In this document: positions 52,153-61,794 of the stretch, piece after piece
How positions within the stretch are numbered: the stretch's first letter is position 1
Layout of the letters: each line of letters begins with the position of its first letter
Assembly (NCBI GenBank): GCA_963782915.1
Contig: CAWALK010000001.1
Span: 160,001-224,000 of the forward strand
Direction of reading: 5' to 3'
Source of the DNA: an uncultured archaeon
GTDB taxonomy: Archaea; Thermoproteota; Bathyarchaeia; Bathyarchaeales; Bathycorpusculaceae
DNA length: 64,000 bases
Notes under the pieces: model-generated
Told to the model about the DNA's origin: nothing
Seen by the model: only the letters and a program-made list of their open reading frames with translations
The model's database searches: none
Program-made: the position numbers and the translations under genes

Positions 52153-53429
52153 ATGATGCGAAAAAATCTAGTTAGCGTTATTTTGTTGGCTCTTTTGGTC
52201 TTCCCATTAATATCAGCTGTGGGGACAGTAGCTGCCTCTTCAGATGATTGGACAATGTTCCGCCATGACCCAACTCACACAGGCACTTCATCCACAGCCC
52301 CCGCAACAACCAGTAGTTTGCTTTGGAATTTTACAACTGGCGCTCCAATGGGTGCATCCGCCGCAATCCTCGATGGCAAAGTATATGTGCCCTCAAACGA
52401 CGGCACCGTCTACTGCCTAAACGCGGCAGACGGATCTCAAGTTTGGGCTTACACAACTCCCTCGAAAGGCGCAATCAGCTCCTCCATCGCCATCGCAGAC
52501 GGCCATGCCTACTTCGGAAGCTACGACTCAAACGTGTACTGTTTAGACATCGCAAGCGGCGCAAAAGTTTGGACCTATAAAACTGGCAACAGCATACAAT
52601 CTTCCCCAGCAGTCGCAGATGGCCACGTCTATGTTGGTTCATGGGATGGTAACCTCTACTGCCTCGACGCTTCAAGCGGCAACAAGGTATGGAACTATAC
52701 AACGGGCGGCCTGGTAGACTCTTCTCCAGCGGTTGTAGACGGTCATGTGTATTTTGGGTCGGCTGATAAGAACGTGTACTGCCTTGATGCAACAACGGGC
52801 GCAAAAGTTTGGAGTTATGCAACTGGAGCTACGATACAGTCCTCACCCGCAGTCGTCGATGGCTATGTCTACATTGGCTCGCAAGATAACAACGTCTACT
52901 GCCTCAACGCAGCTACTGGCGAGAAAGTCTGGAATTTTCAAGAACAGGGCTTAGTTGATTCTTCCCCATGCAGTCGCCAACGGGTTTGTCTACATTGGTT
53001 CAGGTGTCCTTGACAGTAGCGCAGACAAGAACGTTTACTGCCTAAACGCAACTACAGGCTCAAAAAGTTTGGAGCTACGAAACATATGACGGCATCTACT
53101 CCTCTCCCGCGGTCGCTGGCAACTACGTTTACGTGGGCGGCTGGGATGGAAACCTCTACTGCCTAAACGCCTCAAGCGGTGAAAGTTTGTGGTCTTACAC
53201 AACTAAGGATAACATCAGCGCTTCCCCGGCAATTTCCGGAGGCGTTGTCTACATTACTTCTTGGGACCGCAACGTTTACGCTTTAGGCGCTTCGCAGGCA
53301 ACAAATCAACCGGTTGTTGGTATGGACTCTTGGGTACTTGTTGTAATAGCGGTAGTCATTGTTGTGGTTGTCGCAGCTTTGATTGTGATTTTGCGGGGAA
53401 AATCGCGCTCTAAGAAGTTTAGAAAATAA
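52153..53429 (+). CDS. PQQ-like (BamB-type) beta-propeller protein with C-terminal TM anchor (2 frameshifts near 52970-53070)
   Basis: WTMFRHD..HTG and about 8 repeats of SSPAV.DG.VY.GS.D.NVYCL.A.TG.KVW.Y. Confidence 0.9.
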
Positions 53430-53529
53430 GTTATTCCCTTATCTTTTCTCTTTTTTTAAACTGTTTTTAGTAAGCATATATATTATATAGTTAAAAATAA
53501 TTAGTATAATCAAAAAGAAATTAGTATAG

Positions 53530-53841
53530 TTGGAAAGAAATCTTATGCCTGATTTCCAAGAGCCAAAAAAAGAAGTCACAGTCGGCGGCGAAGAAGCACT
53601 AAAAGTTGCAGACGCACTCACCGCAACAACCATGAAAATGCTCAAGTTGCTTTGGATTGAACCTCTGGATGTTTCCACAATAGGCAAAAAACTGGGTTTC
53701 AGCCAAGCTTATATCAGCGAGCAAGTGAAGATTCTTGAAGAGCTAAAACTTCTTAATGTAACTTATCTACCCGGCAAGAGGGGTATCAGAAAGGTTTGCT
53801 CGCCAGCGGTTGAAAAGGTAACTTTGCTTATCAAAGAATAA
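53530..53841 (+). CDS. ArsR-like winged-helix regulator
   Basis: LDVSTI.KKLG.SQAYISEQVK.LE.L.L. Confidence 0.8.
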   Translation: MERNLMPDFQEPKKEVTVGGEEALKVADALTATTMKMLKLLWIEPLDVSTIGKKLGFSQAYISEQVKILEELKLLNVTYLPGKRGIRKVCSPAVEKVTLLIKE

Positions 53842-54031
53842 ATGAAATAATACTGATTGTCTTTCATCCGTTTTCTCCTCTTTATTCTTAGAACATTCCC
53901 TATTTGGGTGATAGAAACGCATGTATGGGTATATCCATATTTGTATCGGTAAATAGGAATATTTATATCTAAAAAGCCATGCAAACAGGCAGAGGATACA
54001 CAAAAAAGGGGTAACCGGGAGGGGAAACAAC

Positions 54032-55354
54032 ATGGCTCAACTAGATCCAGTACTACAAGCCGTCCTAACCATATGCATACTAGTTTTCGCAGCAAAAATT
54101 CTAGGCGAAATCTTTTCCTGGCGAAAAATCCCCTCAGTACTAGGCGAATTAATCGCCGGCATGATTCTGGGACCCTACGCCATAGGCTCCATATTAATCA
54201 TCAATGGCGTGCAATTCATCCAAATAAACGAAATAGTACTGGCCTTTGGTGAAATAGGCGGCATACTCATCCTCTTCGCGGCCGGCTTAGAAATGACATT
54301 CCAAGATTTCCGAAAAGTAGGCACCGCCGGCTTCGTAATTGGAACATGCGGTGTTATCGTTCCTTTCATCATGGGTTACGGATTATCGTTTCTATTCGGG
54401 TACGGCACCATTGTCGGTCTAGTTGTTGGCGCTGCACTCGTAGCTACAAGCATATCGATTACCTCGCTGGTTTTAATGGAACTCAATAAAACAAGAGCGC
54501 CTGAAGCGCGCATGATGATAAGCGCCGCCGTAGTAGACGACGTCTTAGGCCTAGCAATTTTAGGCGTAATCGTCTCATTCATAACATCTTCAACAGCTAT
54601 CACTGCACTTGGCGTAGTGGAAGTTATTGCATGGTCTCTTGCCTTATGGCTTGGCATCACCATCCTCTTAGCCGTCATCTTGCCAAGAATAGTAAATTTT
54701 GTATCTAAAGGAAAATCAGAAGGCCCACTTGAAGCAACAGCCACAGCCGCATGCTTCGGCGCATCAGCCCTAGCCGCACTACTTGGCCTATCAGCTATCG
54801 TTGGCGCTTTCGCTGCAGGCATGGCAATTGCGAGCTCCCACACGATAGAGAAGATACGCGACTACATCAAAAAAATAAGCTCAATATTCTCTCCAGTATT
54901 CTTTGCGTTGGCTGGTGCCCAATTTAACATTCAAAGCTTCGTTACAACAGATTGGATGTTCTATCTCTTCTTTATAGCTCTGGTAATAGTGGCTGTTGTG
55001 AGCAAATTCATCGGCTGCGGATTACCTGCTGGCTTCTTCTTAAAGAATAGATCTAAAGGGACCAAAGTTGGCTATGGCATGATTTCACGCGGAGAAGTAG
55101 GACTTATAGTGGCTGGAGTAGCTATCTCTGCAGGAGCAATCAGTCAGAACGTTTACTCAGCAATATTGGGCATGATCATAATCACAACTATCTTAGCACC
55201 AATACTGCTCAAAAAAGCCTATGATAAGGAACCCGCTGAAGAAGAGCAAGCCAATACTGCTCCAGATAATAGGGATGCACCTGACTTTATCCCAACCTAC
55301 CCTTTAGGAATAAGCGGTACCCCTACGACGGGTTGCGAAAAGAATAAGTGCTGA
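54032..55354 (+). CDS. Cation:proton antiporter (CPA2, NapA-like)
   Basis: P.VLGEL.AG.ILGP, ATSI.IT, AAVVDD, SRGEVGL. Confidence 0.92.
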   Translation: MAQLDPVLQAVLTICILVFAAKILGEIFSWRKIPSVLGELIAGMILGPYAIGSILIINGVQFIQINEIVLAFGEIGGILILFAAGLEMTFQDFRKVGTAGFVIGTCGVIVPFIMGYGLSFLFGYGTIVGLVVGAALVATSISITSLVLMELNKTRAPEARMMISAAVVDDVLGLAILGVIVSFITSSTAITALGVVEVIAWSLALWLGITILLAVILPRIVNFVSKGKSEGPLEATATAACFGASALAALLGLSAIVGAFAAGMAIASSHTIEKIRDYIKKISSIFSPVFFALAGAQFNIQSFVTTDWMFYLFFIALVIVAVVSKFIGCGLPAGFFLKNRSKGTKVGYGMISRGEVGLIVAGVAISAGAISQNVYSAILGMIIITTILAPILLKKAYDKEPAEEEQANTAPDNRDAPDFIPTYPLGISGTPTTGCEKNKC

Positions 55355-55416
55355 CAGCTTTTAACAACTAATGGCATTCCTAAAGAATGCACTGTTTGTT
55401 TTAAGGAGGCGATAGT

Positions 55417-56451
55417 TTGGCAGAAGTATTTTCTAGCTTCATCGTTAACATACTCATCATTGCTGTCTCCTTTGTCGTGCTAAACTTTGCCAGCAACATC
55501 GTCATCAACAACGCCGTCAAAGTTGCATCTATAACCCGTTTAGGAAAGACTGCTGTTGGTTTTAGCATAATTGCTTTTTCAACTTCGCTTCCAGAGTTGA
55601 CTGTAGCTTTTATTGCAGCGTTTTCTGGTGGTGCAGCGCTTTCTGTCGGTAACGTTTTGGGTTCAAATATAGTTAATATTTCGGTAATTGTGGGGTTAGC
55701 CGCTTTTCTAGTGTATTTTCAATGTCGACGAAGAGCTAAACGTGCCAAAGCGCCGCCACCAACTGAGTGTAATATTGTCCCTGCATTTGCCAAATCAGAA
55801 CTAAGCAGCATCTACTTTGGGCTCTTTATTTCATCGATTATACCTATTGTTTTGATTTTTATCTCGGCTGCGGCGTGGATTGTAGGTTTAGTTTTAATCG
55901 GCATCTTCATCGGTTACATGTATCAGCTCTCCAAAGTGCGGATGCCTGAAGAAAACAACGGCGGCGTTACCGCACAGGAAAAAGGCAGACTAAACAGGTA
56001 CCTCCTCTTCACCATTGCTGGTGCTCTTGGCGTGGTTGTAAGCGCCTATTTCTTGGTTGAATCCGCCGTCGCTATTGCCCAAGTAGCGGGGCTTTCGCAG
56101 CAAGTGATTGGCGCAACCATAATAGCCATTGGAACCAGTTTGCCCGAATTGACCTTGGATTTAAAAGCTATGCTTCATGGGCATGCGGGGCTTGCGTTCG
56201 GCGACATTATCGGTAGCAGTTTTGTTAATATTACCTTGATTTTGGGGGTTACGCTTTTTGTTCCTGCACTTGTTGGTTCGCCCGTGGTTTTGGTGGCGGA
56301 TGTTTTCCAGAACCTTGTGCTGTTTTCTATTGTGGTTAATTTGCTTTTTTGGTATTTTCTTACGAGGGGTCAGATTGGGAAGAGGGAAGGGGCTGTTTTT
56401 TTGGTTATTTATGCGCTTTTTATTTTGACGACTATTGGGTCAGTCAGTTGA
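55417..56451 (+). CDS. Sodium:calcium antiporter (YrbG-like)
   Basis: Two alpha repeats: STSLPEL...GNVLGSN and GTSLPEL...GDIIGS. Confidence 0.92.
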   Translation: MAEVFSSFIVNILIIAVSFVVLNFASNIVINNAVKVASITRLGKTAVGFSIIAFSTSLPELTVAFIAAFSGGAALSVGNVLGSNIVNISVIVGLAAFLVYFQCRRRAKRAKAPPPTECNIVPAFAKSELSSIYFGLFISSIIPIVLIFISAAAWIVGLVLIGIFIGYMYQLSKVRMPEENNGGVTAQEKGRLNRYLLFTIAGALGVVVSAYFLVESAVAIAQVAGLSQQVIGATIIAIGTSLPELTLDLKAMLHGHAGLAFGDIIGSSFVNITLILGVTLFVPALVGSPVVLVADVFQNLVLFSIVVNLLFWYFLTRGQIGKREGAVFLVIYALFILTTIGSVS

Positions 56452-56627
56452 AAATAAACCCGAAAAGCCTATGCTTTGGTTACTGTGCAGCGTAAAACCC
56501 TGTTATGCCCAGCTTGACTGCTGCAAATGTACACTTAAAACAAGCCCTATCCAGCAACCATTCAAAGAAACATGCAGCACTCAATGAATGCAGCGTTCCA
56601 AAACAAGCGAATAAACAAACGTCCAGC

Positions 56628-56662
56628 CTATAAATAAGGGAGGGGGCCTATCTCAGAGCAGC
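56628..56662 (+). repeat. Dispersed repeat A, copy 5
   Basis: CTATAAATAAGGGAGGGGG...CTCAGAGCA between convergent genes. Confidence 0.75.
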
Positions 56663-56691
56663 TCAAGCCTCTGTTTTCGCGGCATGGATTG

Positions 56692-57588
56692 TTAAAACAG
56701 CGGGTTAATCTTAAGCAAACTACTGAGCATCAAAGCCAACGTAAACACAATCGCCACAATCACAAAGTCTTTGGCTAACACTTCACCGAGTTTTAGAAGC
56801 TTCGTGTTATCGGCGCTGTCATCTCTAAAGAGCGTATTTCTCTTCTGGACTAAGCGCAAGGTGATGAAGCTTGCCAATGCAGTTAAGGCTGCATAGTAAA
56901 CAAGCGGCAAATTAAACAATACACCAACGAGCACCATTAATGGAATCATGATGTAGCCCATCGCAACCGTGAAGAGCAAGCCACGGCGGAAACCCAGAAT
57001 AATCGGCAACGTCCTCGAACCACTGTTAAAGTCTGAGGCGTAATCAGCTAAGTCTTCCCAGAGGCTGTTAATGGCTGTGGTTACACCGATAAGCAAAGCT
57101 AATGTGACAACGTTGATTGAGAATGCGCTAAAGAATGCCGCGATAATCATGATTGGCACCGCGCCGACGGTAAAGTTAACAATCGGTTTATACGGTGTTT
57201 TTCGCAGTCGGAAAGGCGGCACAGAGTAAACTACGCCGAAGAATAAGCCCAAACCCACAAACAACACCACATACGGCATCAAAGTTAAGGCTCCAAGCGC
57301 CAAAGACAACGCAGTAAACCCAACCGCAATCAACAATCCAGCTTTGCCCAAGCGCTTCGTAAACTTCGCCCGCAGAGGATCCGAGAGCACATCCAAGTCT
57401 ACGTCGCAGAGGTTATTCATTGCATCCACGGCGCTCCAAACACAGAAAACAATAGCGCCCAAAAACAGTGCGGTTGGCCATGCAAAGGCTTCGCCTGCAA
57501 GAAAGGTTGCGCCGATTGAAATCATGAAAAGCATGAGTCCGCGTTCGACGGATATGAACTGGGCGAAGCCCCTGATGTTCGAAAGCAT
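56692..57588 (-). CDS. UbiA-family prenyltransferase
   Basis: NNLCDVDLD, YSVPPFRL, DLADYASD...RTLP; multi-TM. Confidence 0.88.
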   Translation of the reverse strand: MLSNIRGFAQFISVERGLMLFMISIGATFLAGEAFAWPTALFLGAIVFCVWSAVDAMNNLCDVDLDVLSDPLRAKFTKRLGKAGLLIAVGFTALSLALGALTLMPYVVLFVGLGLFFGVVYSVPPFRLRKTPYKPIVNFTVGAVPIMIIAAFFSAFSINVVTLALLIGVTTAINSLWEDLADYASDFNSGSRTLPIILGFRRGLLFTVAMGYIMIPLMVLVGVLFNLPLVYYAALTALASFITLRLVQKRNTLFRDDSADNTKLLKLGEVLAKDFVIVAIVFTLALMLSSLLKINPLF

Positions 57589-57789
57589 ACCCACGTAGGC
57601 TAGATGACCATTCTTAAGGTTTCCCCAACATTGAACCCAAAAAGCCCTGAAAAGATTTCTGCTCAATTTGGCTTGCTTGCTCTATATGCATGCTTTGGCT
57701 ATGTACGTAGTTGTCTTCGCTTTTTAGCAAAGGTTATTTGGCAAAAACTCTTTTATGTTATTAGAAGCGGCTTTTGTTTGTAAGGGAGA

Positions 57790-58986
57790 TTGTTTGCTTT
57801 GGACTTTGACCAGAGAGGATTCGCTAAAATTCACGATTTCAGCATGAACTTTGAAGCCATGAATAGTAGGCTTAGGGATTTATCAGAAAAGTATCCTTCA
57901 GGTGTGATCATTCCGATAATCGAAGCTGACCTCAAAGGTCAAGTGCTCGTAAACATAGTGAATGAATTAAATGAATGCGATTACCTAAAAAAAGTGTACA
58001 TTGCACTTGCTACTAAAAACCCCCAAATCTACCAAGAAGCAATGCATGTTTTCGATACCTTCGAGGTTCCTCACGAGGTCATCTGGTGTAACAACCCCAA
58101 GATTGATGGGGTGCTAGAAGAGCTTAAACAAAAAGGCTTAGACGTTACTGACTTCAATGGGAAAGGCCGCGACGTCTGGATGGCTATGGGCATCGCCTCT
58201 TTAGATTTACACGCATTCGTTGTTCATGACGCTGACATCCTAAATTATACACGCATGTTACCCACAAAAATGCTCTATCCAGTCATTGAACCCCGACTTG
58301 ACTTTTTCTTCTCCAAAGGCTACTATGCAAGAATTAACATAGAAAAACGCAGAATGTACGGTCGAATCACTCGACTCTTCATGAGCCCTATCCTGCAAGC
58401 GATGGAAGAAAAACTGGGATACAATTCCAAGTTCGTAAGATACCTACAAACGTTTAGCTACCCCATGTCAGGAGAAATCGCGATCTACAGTGACTTAGCC
58501 ATGCGCCTACGTATACCCTGCGATTGGGGCTTCGAAGTAGGTTTGCTGGCTGAACTCTACCGCAGAGCCTCATACGAATACATCTGTGAAGTTGACTTGG
58601 GCTTCTACGATCACAAACACAAAGAAGTCATAGGAAATGAATTAGTCAAAACAGCCCAAGACAGCCTGATAACTTTGCTGCGCACATTAACGGAGATAGA
58701 TGGGATTGAAGTTTCCGAGCCTTTCTTGCGGAGTCTCCAAATAATGTACCGTAAAATGGCGCAAGACAAAATTCGACAGTACCACGCCGACGCCATGTGC
58801 AACAATTTGGATTACGACCGTCATCAAGAAGAATCCAGCGTTGATACTCTATCTCAAGCCATTATGGCTGCAGGAAAAAAGTATCTCGAGAATCCAGCTA
58901 AAACCCAGATGCCTGATTGGTTACGTGCCAACGCGGCGATGCCTGATATTAGAGAACGCTTACGGGACGCTGCAATCGAAAAGTGA
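57790..58986 (+). CDS. gpgS: Glucosyl-3-phosphoglycerate synthase-like glycosyltransferase
   Basis: MDF.Q...HD N-terminus, GKGRDVW, HDADI, KGYYAR, GRITRLF, DWG.EVG, YDHKH. Confidence 0.8.
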   Translation: MFALDFDQRGFAKIHDFSMNFEAMNSRLRDLSEKYPSGVIIPIIEADLKGQVLVNIVNELNECDYLKKVYIALATKNPQIYQEAMHVFDTFEVPHEVIWCNNPKIDGVLEELKQKGLDVTDFNGKGRDVWMAMGIASLDLHAFVVHDADILNYTRMLPTKMLYPVIEPRLDFFFSKGYYARINIEKRRMYGRITRLFMSPILQAMEEKLGYNSKFVRYLQTFSYPMSGEIAIYSDLAMRLRIPCDWGFEVGLLAELYRRASYEYICEVDLGFYDHKHKEVIGNELVKTAQDSLITLLRTLTEIDGIEVSEPFLRSLQIMYRKMAQDKIRQYHADAMCNNLDYDRHQEESSVDTLSQAIMAAGKKYLENPAKTQMPDWLRANAAMPDIRERLRDAAIEK

Positions 58987-59750
58987 GAACTAAAACCGTC
59001 ATCTTCTCTGACATCGATGGAACATTCCTCGATGAGCAATACAGTTATGCCTCTACTAAACCGATAGTTGATAAACTGCTTGCGTTGGGCACATCCATCG
59101 TGTTCAACAGCAGTAAAACAAAAGCAGAGATAGAATTCTATCGCAAAGCAATCGGTTTAGCTGAGCCCTTCATCTCGGAAAACGGAGCAGCCATATTCAT
59201 CCCCAAAAACTACTTCCCCTTTACATATCCATGCAACCAAACAGATGGCTATTGCGTAATCGAGTGGGGCATACCCTACAAGGAATTACGGGTCAAGCTA
59301 AACATAATCAAAGAGAAAACGGGGGCAAAAATCGTGGGATTCGGAGACATGACCCCAGAGGAGCTAGCCGAGGATACAGGTTTGCCGCTGCATTTGGCGC
59401 TGTTAGCCAAAGAACGTGACTATGACGAACCTTTCAGAATTTTAGAAGGCGATAAATTCGCTGTTCTACAGGCAATAGCTGATGAAGGTCTACATTGCGT
59501 ATTGGGCGGCGGCAGGTATTTCCATCTAACAGGAGCCAACGACAAAGGTGCAGCCACCACCATTCTAAGCAGCCTCTACAGTCGCGCCTTCGATAAGGTT
59601 GAAACGTATGCGGTGGGTGACGGACCTAACGATTTGCCTATGCTAAAAGTGGTCGATAAACCGTTTTTTATAGAAAAGGGTGAGGAGAATTCGCGGGTTA
59701 ATGCTTGGCTGGCTATTCTGCGGGATGTCTGTGGTAAAGTTATGGTTTAG
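58983..59750 (+). CDS. Mannosyl/glucosyl-3-phosphoglycerate phosphatase (HAD-IIB)
   Basis: SDIDGT, SSKT.AE, ENG, R.YDEPF, GGR..H, GDGPND; overlaps the gpgS stop. Confidence 0.9.
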   Translation: MRTKTVIFSDIDGTFLDEQYSYASTKPIVDKLLALGTSIVFNSSKTKAEIEFYRKAIGLAEPFISENGAAIFIPKNYFPFTYPCNQTDGYCVIEWGIPYKELRVKLNIIKEKTGAKIVGFGDMTPEELAEDTGLPLHLALLAKERDYDEPFRILEGDKFAVLQAIADEGLHCVLGGGRYFHLTGANDKGAATTILSSLYSRAFDKVETYAVGDGPNDLPMLKVVDKPFFIEKGEENSRVNAWLAILRDVCGKVMV

Positions 59751-61014
59751 GGTTTGACTTTTGCCGCTTCCAGTTCTCTTTAAGGCAGCTATCAATAATG
59801 TCAACACTAAAATTAGGATTATAGGACCCGTGGTTGTTGGGACCTCTGGGATTACTGTGGCTGTTAGTTTGTAGATTTTGCCGTCGTAAGCACTGAAGTA
59901 GAGTTCATTGTTTTGGTCTGTGCCAAATGAAGCGATGTTTAAGCCAGAATCCACAAGCAACACATTATTTGCTTCACTGCCGTTATAGCGTAACGCCCAG
60001 ATTCTGCCTGAACCATAATCGCCATAAACATAAGCGCCAACAAGACTGGGCAAAGCCTTGCCATGATAAACGTAGCCGCCGATAACTGCGTTGCCCAAGG
60101 TCATGGGTATAATTCCATATGGGCAAAGTGAGCCCCGTCTGGTTGCAGCCACTCGGCGGGTTATAGCAGAGTGTGCCCTCCATGGTGTTCCAGCCATAGT
60201 TTTTGCCCTTTTCAACTAAATCGATTTCTTCCACTCTGTCCTGCCCCACATCACCAACCCACAACGCGCCAGTTGCTGAGTCGAAGCTGAAGCGCCAAGG
60301 ATTGCGAAAGCCATAGGCATAGATTTCCTCACGGTACCCCGCAGTGTTGCCCGCAAAGGGGTTGTCAGCTGGGATGCTATAGTTGCGTCCGTTAGATTGC
60401 GTGTTTACGTCGATTCGCAGTATTTTGCCCAGTAGCGTGGAGGGGTTTTGTCCGTTGCCGTTGGGGTCGCCTTCTGAGCCGCCGTCGCCTACACCAATGT
60501 AGAGGTACCCGTCTGGTCCGAATGCTAATTGTCCGCCCTTGTGGTTGCTGAAGGGTTGGCTTATTTCAAGTATGACTTGTTGGCTGTTTGAGTCGGCAAC
60601 GTTAGCATCGTTGGTGCTAACAGAGAAACGTGCGATTACGGTGCGCCTCGGATTATCAGCCACATAATCCACATAGAAGTAGCCATTTTGGCTATAATTT
60701 GGGTGGAATGCTAAACCTAAAAGCCCCTGTTCGCCGCCATAAAGCACCCGACTGCTAATATCCAAAAATACGCTTGAGGCAGATGCGTTTTGGGTGTTGT
60801 TGAAAACCTTGATTACGCCTGCCTGCTCAATTACAAAAAGTCTGTTGCTGTTGGTGGGGTCTGGGAATATGCCGTCTGGCTGGTTAAAAGTCAAATTTGG
60901 AAATGCCACTGTAACTGAGTAGGCGCTTGAGTTTTGAGCACTAACATTTCCAGTAGCTAAGATGAGCAATACACATAGGGTTGCTGCAAAAGAAAGCTGC
61001 CTTATAGAATTCAA
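59643..61014 (-). CDS. PQQ-dependent sugar dehydrogenase (GSDH family) with PEF-CTERM-like tail (frameshift near 60095; 3' end uncertain)
   Basis: EQGLLGLAFHP, NHKGG.L.FGPDG.LY...GDGG, G.RNPWR, NYGW; tail VIPE-TM-KR. Confidence 0.88.
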
Positions 61015-61093
61015 TCTTATTCAAAATATAATAATTAATAAGAGAAATTAAGTTCATGCAGTAGGTACACTACAGCATCAACCCGAAAACTGA

Positions 61094-61501
61094 TTAATGG
61101 CTGACTTCTGCGGTTTCTTCCCTATTCTTGAGCTTCTCTTCGAGAAGAACCAGCAGTTCCTGAGGCTTCACTGGCTTAACCAAATAAGCATCAGCCCCTT
61201 CATCAAGCGCCTTAACACCCGTCTCCAAAGACGGAAAACCCGTAATCATAATTTTAACGGTGTGCTGAAGTTGCTTTTTGAGTTTCGCAAGCAAATCAGT
61301 GCCATCCATATCAGGTAGCCTAATGTCAACAAGCGCTAAGTCATAGTGGCGATTCTCCGTTTTTTCCATAGCTTCCTTTCCTGTTTCGGCTGTGTCTATC
61401 TCGTAGCCGCTTTTCTGGAGAATACGCGTGAAGGTGCGAAGGATCGATTTATCGTCGTCTACAACTAATATGGTTTTTTTCGATTCTGCCACTTCTAACA
61501 T
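61094..61501 (-). CDS. Single-domain response regulator
   Basis: ILVVDDD, D(IRLPDMDG), ITG, YLVKP. Confidence 0.93.
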   Translation of the reverse strand: MLEVAESKKTILVVDDDKSILRTFTRILQKSGYEIDTAETGKEAMEKTENRHYDLALVDIRLPDMDGTDLLAKLKKQLQHTVKIMITGFPSLETGVKALDEGADAYLVKPVKPQELLVLLEEKLKNREETAEVSH

Positions 61502-61794
61502 TCCCTTCCTCTTTATAATTGGCTTCTCGACAAACTCGAAGGCTGCCGATGTGCCGATATTTTCTTTGTCAACCAAACAATTGCCACACCAATTGGATAT
61601 GACAAAGAACTCTTTAACTCCTGTTTCGCCAATCCTAACAATGATTTTCGAGATTAATAAACGCTATCCCCTCTGCTAAAAAGCATTTAATCGCCTGCAC
61701 TGCCAAAATTGACAAGAATACGCTAACTTGCATGTTGACAATAAGAATATTAAACCCAAAAACGTTGAGTTAATGTAGGTTTTGACACTCAGAA

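Noticed and set aside
52300-53290. CRISPR-like or DGR-like ~120-bp periodic repeats
   Set aside because: In-frame beta-propeller coding repeats; no spacers, cas genes or reverse transcriptase
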